From contig CAVVXN010000002.1 of the NCBI GenBank assembly GCA_963752285.1, forward strand, positions 32,001 to 96,000: a DNA stretch of 64,000 nucleotides, in the 5' to 3' direction. Below are positions 10,709 to 20,290 of the stretch, in pieces. How positions within the stretch are numbered: position 1 is the first letter of the stretch; each line of letters opens with the position of its first letter. The notes below the pieces were generated by a model. The model made no database searches. It saw only the letters and a list, made by a program, of their open reading frames with translations, and was not told where the DNA came from. Both the position numbers and the translations under genes were made by a program. This stretch comes from an uncultured Planctomycetota bacterium. Its GTDB lineage: Bacteria > Planctomycetota > PLA2 > JAEUHO01.

Positions 10709-13700
10709 ATGAGCGTTCGTGCGAAGAGCCGCCGACGCATCGTCGCCCTCGTGACCGGGGTCTGCCTTCTGATCGGCGGGGCCTCCGTCTGGTACGTGCG
10801 GCGGGAGCGCCAACGCGACGCCGAGGCGATCGCTGCGCGAATCGAGGGCATCGAGGCCTACACCCGGGGCGACTACCAGCGCGCCGCCGCTAGCCTTCGG
10901 ATGTTCCTGAAGCGCCCGGGGCTTCCGGTAGACGCGCTCGCGCTGCTCCGCTACGCCGAGTCCGTCCTCGCGCTCGGACCGTTCGAGCCGAAGCACCTGC
11001 AGGCCGCCCTGCCCTCGCTTCGCCGCTGCGTCGCGCTGGACCCGGAGAACGACGAGGCGAGGTGGCTGCTCCTCGACCTCTACCTGCGCACCGGGCTTCG
11101 GACCGAGGCCTACGACCAGGCCGCCTGGTTCCTGGCGCGGGACCCCGGGAACACCCGAGCGCTCCTGGCGCAGGCGCAGGCTCTTGCCGGCATGAAGCGC
11201 TACGACGAGGCCCTCACGGCTCTCGCGTACGTGCATCCCGACACGCCGCTCCTCGAGGACCAGATCCTCTATCTCGACCTGATGGCCCGTCTGGGCCGGT
11301 CGCGCGCCGATCTCTCCGCGCGGGTGGAACAGGTCATGAAGGCCTTGGGCGGCGCCGACCCTCGGTTCTCCCTCTTGCGTGCGCACGCGCGTCTGCTCGC
11401 GGGAGACGTCGCCGACGGACGCGCCCTCCTCCTCCCGCTCCTGACGGCGGGGAAGGCCGACGAGAAGTTCGCACGGCTCCTACTCCGGGACTTGGAGGCG
11501 GCCGGGCTGCCCAACGAAGGCCTCGAGGTCCTCAAGGGACTCGATCCTTCCCGTCTCGAGCCCGGCCTCCAGAGCCTGCTCGTTCGCCGGCTCTGGGAGG
11601 CGGGGGAGATCGAGGCCATCCCCGAGCGCGTCTCCGCACTGGCGGCGGGGTCGGGCAGCCTGCCCACTCCGGTCCTCGGGTACGAGGCCCTCGCGCTGGC
11701 TCGTCTTCAGCGACCCGACGAGGCGCGCGCGGTCCTGAAGACCCTCGAGGTCCGAACCGAGGACGCCGCGGCGCGGGGGTGGGTGCGACTCCTCCGCGGC
11801 GTGGCGCTCTCCGGGGACGTCGGCGTGCGGGCGAGGATCGACGTTTGCCTCGCGGCGATCCGGGAGGACGACGCGAACCCGGTGGCGCATCTGGATCTTG
11901 GGCTGGCGTACCGGGACGCGGCCGAGCTCGAGCTCGCCGCGCGCGAGCTCGGAGAGGCGCTTCGCCTGTCTCCCACGTGGGCCGAGCCGGCCGCCAAGGC
12001 GACCGCGGTATTCCTGCAACTGGGGCAGCTCGACGAGGCCCTGCGACTCGCCGACGTCGCGAGCGACCCCGAGTCGCTGGAGCCGGGCGTCCAGGCCCTC
12101 CTCGCGCTGGCGCGGACCGCCCGCGACGACCGCGCGAAGGGTCCACTCCGCGAGAGGCTGCTCGGCGGACTCGCTGAGGCGGGTCTCTCCCCGGACGTGG
12201 CGCGGCCGGTGGAGGCGGAGCTGCTGGCGGACCTCGGCCGCCTCGAGGAGGCAAGGGCAAAGGTCGAGGACCTGCTCGCCATGAAGACGCCGTCGGGGAG
12301 CGCGCTTCTCAAGTGCGCGCAGGTGAGTCGCGCCCACGCGCTCGGCCTGGAGGAACGTTGTCTCTCCGCCTACGAGGCTGCGTTCGGGTCCACGCCTGAG
12401 CTGGCGCTGGCGCGGGCGCGCGCGGAGGCGGACGTGGGCGGTGTCGCGGCCGGGCTTCGCGTGTTCCGTCAGCGGCGCGCGGAGGCCGAACGGCCGAAGG
12501 CCACCGAGTGGGCGCTGGCCGAGGTCGCGTTCCTCGAGGCGAACGGCCTTCACGACGAGGCGATCGGGGTGTGGCGCGAGATCGCCGCCCACGATCGCCT
12601 GGCGCCCGCGGAGCTGAGGGAGATCCTCCGATCCGCGTCGGCGTGGCAGGACCGCCCGTTCGTACGGGACGTGATCGGCCGGCTCGAGGACGCCACCGGG
12701 GAGACCGGACTCTGGTGGCGGATCTACCGAGCGAAGTGGGCGGTGACCGCCGAAGCTCCGGCGCCCGCCGACGTCAGCCGTTCTGTGGAGCAGCTCAAGT
12801 CCGTCTTGGTGGCCGCCCCGTCGCTCACGTGGGCACGCGTGCTCCTCTCTCGCGCCTACGAGCTCGCCGGGCAGCCGCAGAACGCGCTGGAGGCGCTCCA
12901 GGCCGCGCGTCCCGCCGGCGGCGCCCCGGCCGCCCTGGACCTCAACATTGCGCGGCTCGAGCTCCAGGTGGGCGAGAGCGGAGCCGCGCGCACGACGCTG
13001 GGCCGGCTCGCGAACGCGCGAAGCCCCGCCTTCGACTGGGGCACGCAGGCGGCAGTGCTCTACGTCCGACTCGGCGAGAAGCGAGAGGTGCTTGCTCTCC
13101 TAGGAAAACTCGATCTGAAGGACCGTGCTCCCGCAGAGAAGCGCCAGCTCGCCCGGCTCTATGCGGCCTCGGGCGAGCTCGATCGGGCGAGCGAGCTGAT
13201 GAGAGAGGGCCTGGTCGCCGAGGCCGGGCCCCGGGACCTGCTCTTCGCCGCGACCCTCGAGCACGCACGGGGGCACGAGGAAGAGGCCTTGGGGCTCCTC
13301 GCGCGCATGCGGAGCTCGGCGTCCGACGCGGTGGAGGCCACCCGGCTCATGGCGGAGTACCACCGCCGGTTCGGTGAGCTCGAGGCCGCCGAGTCCGACC
13401 TGCAGACGGTCGTTGCCGACCCGGCGGCGCGTCCGACCGACTGGCTGGACCTCCTGTCCGTGGAGGTGCTGGCCGGACGCATCGACGGGCTTCCCGAGAC
13501 CCTCGCGAGCGCCGCACGGGCCGGCGCGTTCTTGCGGGAGGGCGAGAGCCCGGTCCCGTCCGAGGAAGTCCTCCGCGGCGCCGCGGAGCAGGCCTGGCTC
13601 CGGCGCCTGGCGGTTTCGTACGTTTCGGATCCCGAGGCGGATCGGCGCGACGCGGCGGGGCGGGCACTGAAGCTCGCGCTCGCGCTCGATCGTGAGTCGG

Positions 13701-14902
13701 CTCCTCCCGACGCGGGCACCCGGCTGCGCACGGTCGCCCGCTCGGCCCCGATGCTCCTCCCGCTCCAGGTGGTCGTGGGCGCCGCGCTCAGCCGGATCGG
13801 AGACCTCGAGGAGGCGGTCCAGGTGCTGAAGGCGGCGGGCAACGAGTTTCCGGCCGAGGCGGAGCCCGCCCGGGCGCTGGCCCTCGCGTACCGCGCCAGG
13901 TCCGAACGCTCCGAGGCCGAGGGACGCAGCGCCGAGGCGGGGCTCTTCCGCAGCGCCGCGGCGGACGCGGCCCGCGAGTGGCGAGAGCGCGAGACGGGCT
14001 CGCATTTCGATGCGGACTGGTTCCTCGCCGCCCAGGCCGAGCCCGCCGCAGCCGCCTCCTTGCTCGAGCCGTACGTGCCGGACGCCGTGGAGAAGCTGCG
14101 CGTTCCTCTGTTGCGTCTCTACGCGGAGGCCCTGATCCGCAGTGGGAAGGCGGCCCAGGCCGAGGCGCTCCTGGGGCCCCATCTGGCCGAGTCGGCCGCG
14201 CTTCGAAGGGCCTGGGCCTCGCTCGCCGCCGTGGCCGCGACGTCGGGGCACGCGGACGTCGCGGCCCGGTGGCTCGGGAACGAGGCCCTCCGGGGGCGGG
14301 GGGATCCCGATCTCGACCTCGACGTCTCGACGGCGTGGGTCGCCCTGAGCCAGCTCCGGGATCAACCCGAGCCGGGTGCGAAGGAGAAGGCCGAGGCGAG
14401 CCTCCGGGAGGCGGCGAGCGCCGCCCACCTGGACGCACGTCAGTCGGAGCGGCTCGGTCTTCTCTACGCGGCGCTGGGTCGTCCCGAGGAGGCCGAGGCC
14501 TCGTACCGGGCGGCCGTCGCCGCCGACCCTCCGCCGCCGCTCGCCCTCAACAACTTGGCGATGGTCCTGCTGCGGAAGGGCCGGCCCGACGAGGCGCTCC
14601 CGCTGGCGCAGACGCTGGTTCGGGACCATCCCCGTGTCCCCGAGTTCCAGGACACGCTCGCCGAGGTGTCGAAGGCCCGGCAGGCCTGGTCCGACGCGGT
14701 GGCCGCCTACGAGCGGTGCCGGGAGATCCAGCCGGACAACCCCCGATGGGCGTTGGCCATCGTGGAGACCTTGAAGGAGAGCGGCCAGATCGAGGCGGCT
14801 CGGACCCGCCTCGACGCCCTGGCCGCTCGGTACCCCCGAAGCTCTTTGTCGGACGATTCGCGCCGCGCCTGGTCGGAGCTCGAGCGGGAACTCGGGGAGT
14901 AG
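10709..14902 (+). CDS. Large tetratricopeptide-repeat protein (PrsT-like position in the exosortase locus)
   Basis: 1397-aa ORF with an N-terminal TM segment and many TPR-like units (e.g. LALNNLAMVLLRKGRPDEAL, DTLAEV). Confidence 0.85.
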   Translation: MSVRAKSRRRIVALVTGVCLLIGGASVWYVRRERQRDAEAIAARIEGIEAYTRGDYQRAAASLRMFLKRPGLPVDALALLRYAESVLALGPFEPKHLQAALPSLRRCVALDPENDEARWLLLDLYLRTGLRTEAYDQAAWFLARDPGNTRALLAQAQALAGMKRYDEALTALAYVHPDTPLLEDQILYLDLMARLGRSRADLSARVEQVMKALGGADPRFSLLRAHARLLAGDVADGRALLLPLLTAGKADEKFARLLLRDLEAAGLPNEGLEVLKGLDPSRLEPGLQSLLVRRLWEAGEIEAIPERVSALAAGSGSLPTPVLGYEALALARLQRPDEARAVLKTLEVRTEDAAARGWVRLLRGVALSGDVGVRARIDVCLAAIREDDANPVAHLDLGLAYRDAAELELAARELGEALRLSPTWAEPAAKATAVFLQLGQLDEALRLADVASDPESLEPGVQALLALARTARDDRAKGPLRERLLGGLAEAGLSPDVARPVEAELLADLGRLEEARAKVEDLLAMKTPSGSALLKCAQVSRAHALGLEERCLSAYEAAFGSTPELALARARAEADVGGVAAGLRVFRQRRAEAERPKATEWALAEVAFLEANGLHDEAIGVWREIAAHDRLAPAELREILRSASAWQDRPFVRDVIGRLEDATGETGLWWRIYRAKWAVTAEAPAPADVSRSVEQLKSVLVAAPSLTWARVLLSRAYELAGQPQNALEALQAARPAGGAPAALDLNIARLELQVGESGAARTTLGRLANARSPAFDWGTQAAVLYVRLGEKREVLALLGKLDLKDRAPAEKRQLARLYAASGELDRASELMREGLVAEAGPRDLLFAATLEHARGHEEEALGLLARMRSSASDAVEATRLMAEYHRRFGELEAAESDLQTVVADPAARPTDWLDLLSVEVLAGRIDGLPETLASAARAGAFLREGESPVPSEEVLRGAAEQAWLRRLAVSYVSDPEADRRDAAGRALKLALALDRESAPPDAGTRLRTVARSAPMLLPLQVVVGAALSRIGDLEEAVQVLKAAGNEFPAEAEPARALALAYRARSERSEAEGRSAEAGLFRSAAADAAREWRERETGSHFDADWFLAAQAEPAAAASLLEPYVPDAVEKLRVPLLRLYAEALIRSGKAAQAEALLGPHLAESAALRRAWASLAAVAATSGHADVAARWLGNEALRGRGDPDLDLDVSTAWVALSQLRDQPEPGAKEKAEASLREAASAAHLDARQSERLGLLYAALGRPEEAEASYRAAVAADPPPPLALNNLAMVLLRKGRPDEALPLAQTLVRDHPRVPEFQDTLAEVSKARQAWSDAVAAYERCREIQPDNPRWALAIVETLKESGQIEAARTRLDALAARYPRSSLSDDSRRAWSELERELGE

Positions 14903-15180
14903 GCCCGGACGCGCCGGCGCGGCCCGGGGCGCCGGGGGCGCCGCCCGGCGGAGAGCCAACGGCCAGCAGGGTGCGGGGCCGTCCCCGGTCGAAGGGGCGG
15001 CGATCGAACTCCCCCCCTCGCCGCAGAGAACGTGGCGAGGAGAGGCAGGCGAAGGTCCCTGTCCTCGCGACATCGGCCGGATTCGCAGGTACCGTCCCAG
15101 GGAGACACGAGCCCGTAAGCAGCAGTGTCCCAACGGGTTGCGTCACCGCGTGGCTCCTGAAGATTGGACCGGATCCCGCG

Positions 15181-15207
15181 CAAAGCAAACCACGCCCTCG
15201 CCCATAC
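15181..15207 (+). promoter_or_regulatory. Putative sigma-28-like promoter CAAA-N15-GCCCATAC
   Basis: Motif with identical spacing recurs upstream of several PEP-CTERM genes in the window. Confidence 0.6.
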
Positions 15208-15287
15208 ATGATGCGGAGGGACTGCTCTCCAGCCTCGCCCCACGGTGGGGATCCCGAGGACCGCTCCATTTGGATCGGGGGTGTGGT

Positions 15288-16069
15288 TTGAACGTTCGGA
15301 TCCTGTTCGGCCTGATGCTGTGCGGCACCTTGATCGCCGGGTTCTCGAGGGAAGCTCGGGCGGGCGACGTCAAGATCAAGTTCGTGAACGTCGCCAAGGG
15401 CGGCAGCACGACGATGATGTTGGACACCAACGGCGACTCGTCCTACGACACCTCGCTGAGCGGCGGCGGGGGGTTGATGACCTTCTACCTGAGCGACGAC
15501 GACTACGCGGGCAGCGACGTGATCGACCTGCCGCAGATCGCCGAGGGAACGAACTTCCACGGCTTCTGCATCGAGTTCTTCGAGCACGCGAACTCGTCGC
15601 TCCACGACTATGCGGTCGTGGACCCGAGCGCCGCGCCCGTCGCTGAACGGCGGGCTGCGGCACGATGGGGGCCAATGGCGAGAAGGCCCTCGAGAGTCTC
15701 TTCGCGAACTCCTACCTGGGCAACAATCCGGCGAATTGGACCGAACAGCCAGGCCCTCGCCTTCCAGCTCGCGGTGTGGGAGATCGTGTACGAGTACTCG
15801 CTGGACAACAGCTTCAGCGCGGGCAGCCTGAACGTAAACTCCGGGCGTGCGACGTTCACCGGGATCGGCAGCGAACGTCCGTCGCCGCCAACACGCTGCT
15901 CGCGGGGGTCAACCTGTCGGGACCGCTGGCCGATGTCCGTGCTCTCACGAACAACACGTACCAGGACTACGCCGTCCTGGTGCCGCTCCCGCCGGCCGCG
16001 TTCATGGGTCTGCTGCTCCTCGGCGGAATCGGCCTCGTCTCGAGGCGCCGTCGGCGGATGGCGGCCTAG
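15288..16069 (+). CDS. PEP-CTERM-like (VPLPPAA-CTERM) surface protein, frameshifted
   Basis: Signal peptide ending ARA, FCIE and AFQLAVWEIVYE motifs, C-terminal VPLPPAAFMGLLLLGGIGLVSRRRRR. Pieces lie in more than one frame. Confidence 0.8.
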
Positions 16070-16197
16070 TTGATCGGGTCCGCGCTCCCGGCGGGGCGCG
16101 CGAGCCACTCTCAGTACGAAGAGAATGGCGGGCTGCATGGCAGCCCGCCATTCTGCGTTCCTGGTGATTCCGAGGTCTCGCGCCCACCGGGGCGAGT

Positions 16198-17159
16198 CTA
16201 CTTCAGGTGGGTCGCGTCCACCAGGTTCATGCGTGCTCGCGCCCGCCTTCCGAGTTGCCGCGATCGGAGCAGCCGCGCGAAGTGGTCGAGGGCCCACAGG
16301 CGGACGCCGTATTTTCGGATCCGCATCGCCGCCCGCCGGGTCCGGTGACTGGACGAGGAGAGCCAGGCGCTCGAGCCCTGCCCGAGGCGGACGGTGGGTG
16401 AACGGCTGGCCTCGTAGCCTCTTGCCGCCAGCAGGCGCCCGCAGCGCGCATCCACGCGGGCCGCGTCGCGAGCGGGCATGCTCGTCCGCCAGCGGAGCGC
16501 GAGCGAGCCGTCCGGCTTCCCGTAGGTCGAGTCCTCATCATACTTGAGCATGCGAGGGTCGTACTCGATCCCCAGGAACTGGCACACGCCGCGCAGGATC
16601 GCCACGGGCTCAGCGACGAGATCCTCGTATCCGAACCTCCATGCGACGGCGCGGGTCCGTCCGCGCCGAGAGCGCGCCCAAGCGACCTTCTGCTTCGACC
16701 CAGAACCGGGCGCCGTAGTAGGGGTTCCCCGCCCAGCCCATCCGTACGCAGGAGTCTGCGACGTCTCGGGGATCCCGCAGAAGCGTGGATGTAGCGGGCG
16801 TCCGGCCAGATCTCCGGACACCGATGGAACCCGGAGTGGATCGCGCAGGCGACGAGAGGGCGTCCCGACCGCGCGTGGGCCTGCCGAAGGAAGTCGCGTA
16901 CGAGGTCCGGGTAGGACAGCCGCGGGTCGATGGTCAGGCCCGCGGCGAGAAACTGTCGATGGGTCGCGAGGTGGGCTCGATACGCGTCGAGGTCGGGCCA
17001 GCCCTCCTCCCCGCACAGATCGACGGCCGCCTCGAACTCGTGCCCCCAGCCGATCAGTCGGGTGATGTCCGAGCATCAGCCGGAACAGGGTGGTCCCGGA
17101 TCGAACCGAGCCCACGACGGCGTGTGGTGTCGCGTCGCTGGGCGACGTGTTGGTGTTCG
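16198..17159 (-). pseudogene. Sulfotransferase family gene interrupted by IS66 (likely original ATG at 19601)
   Basis: 5'-PSB loop VVGSVRSGTTLFRLMLGHHP and YEDLVAEP...VCQFLGI. Several indels. The first codons and a GGAG RBS lie on the far side of the IS66. Confidence 0.78.
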
Positions 17160-17208
17160 GTATCCGTCCCGTGAACCCAGGTAGCGGCACGTTGGCCCGC
17201 GCCGGACG

Positions 17209-18794
17209 TCAGCCCGTGTCGGGTGCAGCCCGGTCGCGGGCCTCCCGCCATCCCCGCGGCGTGAGCTCGTGCATGCGGTCCGCGGGGTGCTGTGCGACAC
17301 GGCTGAGGACGTCCGTCAGCCACGCCATCGGGTCGATCTTCTGCAGTCGGCAGGTGCCGAGCAACCCGTAGAACGTGGCCGCCCACGCACCGCCACTCTC
17401 GCTCCCGCAGAACGTCCAGTTCGACCGGCCCACGGCCACGGTCCTCAGCGCGCGCTCCGAGGCGTTGTTGTCCAGCTCCAGCGCGCCGTCCTCGAGGAAG
17501 CGCGCGAGCTCGGTCCACTGGTTGAGTGCGTAGCCGGTCGCCTTCCCGACGGGGCTCTTGGGAAGAACCTCGGTCTTCCAGCGATCGAGGTGCGCGTGCA
17601 GGGTCTCCATGATCGCGACGCTGCGATCCTGCCGGAGCACGTAGCGGAGCGCCACGAGTTCCTCCCGGCTCTGGGTCGCGCTCCGGGCGTCGTCCTCTAC
17701 GTCGTAGAGCTGCCGCACGAGTGCGAGCACCAGGAGGCAGCGCGCCGGATCCAGGCTCCGGGCGTCGTAGAACCCACGCCGCATGTGGGCCATGCACCCC
17801 GCGCGCTTCATGGTGCGGTTCGCGCGCTCCACCGGGCGGTAGCCCGAGTAGCCGTCGGACTGCAGGTACGCCCCGCGGAAGCCCTCGAGCGCCTTGAGCG
17901 GCGCCTCGCTCCCTCGTCCGGCCGAGAAGTCGAACGCCACCTCGCCCCGGTCGCCGACGTACGCCCAGAAGTACGCCCGGGAGCACTCCTTCTTCGGCGG
18001 GTCGAGCATCTTCACCGGCGTCTCGTCGGCCTGGAGCACGTGCGAGGAGAGGATCGACTCCCAGTGCGCCCTCTCGACCGGGGCCAGGATCTCGCTCGTC
18101 TGTCGGATCCAGCCAGAGAGCGTCTGCTTGGTGAGGTCGGCGCCCACCCGCGCCAGGATCCCCACCTGCCGGTTCAAGGGCTGGTGGTCCGCGTACTTGG
18201 AGACCGCCACGTGCGCCAAGAGGGCCGCCGTGGCCTTCCCTCGGGCGATCGGCGAGGTCGCCGCCGGCGCCACGCTCACGTGGTCCTTGCACCTCGGGCA
18301 GGCGTAGATCGGCCGCACGGTCTCGATGACCCGCAGCACGGCCGGCACGTAGTCGAGCTGCTCGCTTCGCTCCTGACGGATCTCCACCATCGGCTTCCCG
18401 CAGCCCGAACACTGTTTGTTCTCGGGCTCGATCCGCCGCACCTCGCGCGGGAGGTCCTTCGCCAGAGGCCGGCGCCCGTGGGCCTTGCGCCGGGGCTTTC
18501 GCTCGCGCTCGACCTCGTCGGCCGCGTCGGTCTCGACCTCCTCGGCGGCCGTCGTGGATCCTCGGCCTTGAGGGCGGCGAACGCGAGCTCGAGCTGCGCC
18601 GGGTCGAGCTGTTCGCTTCGGCGGCCGAACATGCGCCGGGCCATCTCGTCCAGGCGATGCTTGAGGTCGACGATCTCCCCCTCCATCTCGTGCAGGCGCT
18701 CGTGCATCTGGCGGATCAGCGCGTGCGCGCTCTCGAGGTCGGGGGAAGATCGATCGCCTGCGTCACGCACCGATTCTCTCAAGGTCGACGTCAA
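17209..18794 (-). CDS. tnpC: IS66 transposase TnpC (frameshifted in the 5' part)
   Basis: FGRRSEQL, CSGCG zinc finger, LQADETP, QSDGYSGY, GCMAHMRR and LDNNASERALR motifs. Confidence 0.92.
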
Positions 18795-18822
18795 TCACCA
18801 AGGAAACAATTCCGATTGACGG

Positions 18823-19176
18823 TCACGCCGGAAGTCGGTTCATGCGCCGTCGAAGCCTCGCGTCGCGGAGGTCGATGCCCTCGAGCACACACATGAGCTC
18901 GCGCGGCGAGGTCTCGACCTTGGCGCCGGACACGTTCGCCGGCCACGCGAAGGTCCCCTCCTCGAGCCGCTTCGCCAGGCACCAAAAGCCGGTCCGATCC
19001 CAGTACAAGATCTTGATCCGGTCGCGGCGCCGGTTGCAGAACACGAAGACGTGGCCCGAGAGTGGGTCGAGCTCCAGCACCTGCTGGGTCAACCCGGCCA
19101 GGCCGTCGAAGCTCTTGCGCATGTCGGTGGGCCCCGCCGCGAGGTAGATCCGGACCGCCGGCGGGAAGCTCAGCAC
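18823..19176 (-). CDS. tnpB: IS66 accessory protein TnpB
   Basis: PTDMRKSFDGL...HVFVFCNRRRDRIKILYWDRTGFWCLAKRLEEGTF. Confidence 0.93.
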   Translation of the reverse strand: MLSFPPAVRIYLAAGPTDMRKSFDGLAGLTQQVLELDPLSGHVFVFCNRRRDRIKILYWDRTGFWCLAKRLEEGTFAWPANVSGAKVETSPRELMCVLEGIDLRDARLRRRMNRLPA

Positions 19177-19514
19177 GAGGAGAGCGCCCGGACGAGCCGC
19201 GCAGGTCCTGCTCGTCGAAGTCGTGGGGCACGCGCACGCGCTGGCCCGTGGTGATAATCACCTCGAAGGGCGCCGGTGGCGTCAAGGGCAACACCGTCTC
19301 CACGAACCGCGGTCGTGATCCTGCCGGATGATTCCGGCCCGCGGGGAACTCCGTCAGCCACCGCGCCAGGGTCACGCACGCGATGCCCTCGCGCCGGCAG
19401 AAGGCGACCTTCGTACCGCCGCCTTCCCGCCACCGCGAGAGCACCTCTCGAACCGCCCGCTCCCGCTCCGAACCTCGCAGGCGTCGGATCTTCCGTTGTG
19501 TGTCGCGCCGCCAT
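19170..19514 (-). CDS. tnpA: IS66 accessory protein TnpA (frameshifted)
   Basis: WREGGGTKVAFCRREGI...TLARW HTH and the VRVPHDFDE tail, directly upstream of tnpB. Confidence 0.8.
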   Translation of the reverse strand: MAARHTTEDPTPARFGAGAGGSRGALAVAGRRRYEGRLLPARGHRVRDPGAVADGVPRGPESSGRITTAVRGDGVALDATGALRGDYHHGPARARAPRLRRAGPARLVRALSSC

Positions 19515-20290
19515 GGGCACCTCCCTTCAGGACCGGGAGGTTCGCACGCGCGGGCTCGCGCGAGAACATGGGTCGACAGGACGCATACGGTGTTCGGGCA
19601 TTGCGTCGCTCCACGCTCCGCAATGGGCCCCGGTCACGGTCGCGGCCGATCGTAGTTTGACGGGCACGGAAACCGATATTGGGCGCGCGGGCGGCCGCAG
19701 CCCGGCTTGGGCCGGGCCGGGCTCGGCGAGGTCCGAACCGCAGGGACGGGGGCCGGGCGCGCGCTCGCCGCGCCTCGGATTGGGTACCCACGCGACCGGA
19801 GCCGGGACCCGCGGCGTCGTTTGTTCCGTGGGGCGGATCGCCGCAGGGGAGCGGAGTCCCGATATCGGCCATACATTCACCTACCGGCGACCGGGACCTC
19901 GTCGGGGGATACCCGCGGGTTCGGCGGATCGCGTGCCGATAGACAGAGGTGCGCGGCCCGCACGTCCGATCCCGTCCCATTGGAGGCGGAGGATGCGCAC
20001 CGGGCGTACGGACGTCGCGTCGCCGGGCTGGCCGCGAGGGGGGATACGTGGGTGTGGTATGGCCTATGTTCACGCGCAGCCCACGCCCACAGCCATGCCC
20101 TCGCAATCCGCCGGGACTTCGCGGCGGTGGGAGGGTGCGGAACGAGGGCGACACAAGGGGAGCCCGTCCGCCTCGATGTGAAGGCCTCCGTTGGCCGGAA
20201 TCGGATTCGCGCGGCGCGGTGCGAAGCGCGGGCGCCCGGGAGGGCCAGGTCCCATAGATCGCTGGACTCCGCTTCCCTCTCTCCATCTCG

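Larger units (their letters stand above)
17160..19588 (-). mobile_element. IS66 family insertion sequence, about 2.43 kb
   Basis: Imperfect terminal IRs GTATCCGTCCCGTGAACCCA / GTATGCGTCCTGTCGACCCA (16/20 match). 8-bp direct repeat GGTGTTCG at 17152-17159 and 19589-19596. Contains tnpA, tnpB and tnpC. Confidence 0.95.

Noticed and set aside
19602..20290. Small ORFs or an ncRNA between the sulfotransferase start and the NRPS
   Set aside because: No recognisable protein motif or RNA family signature. Treated as a divergent promoter region.
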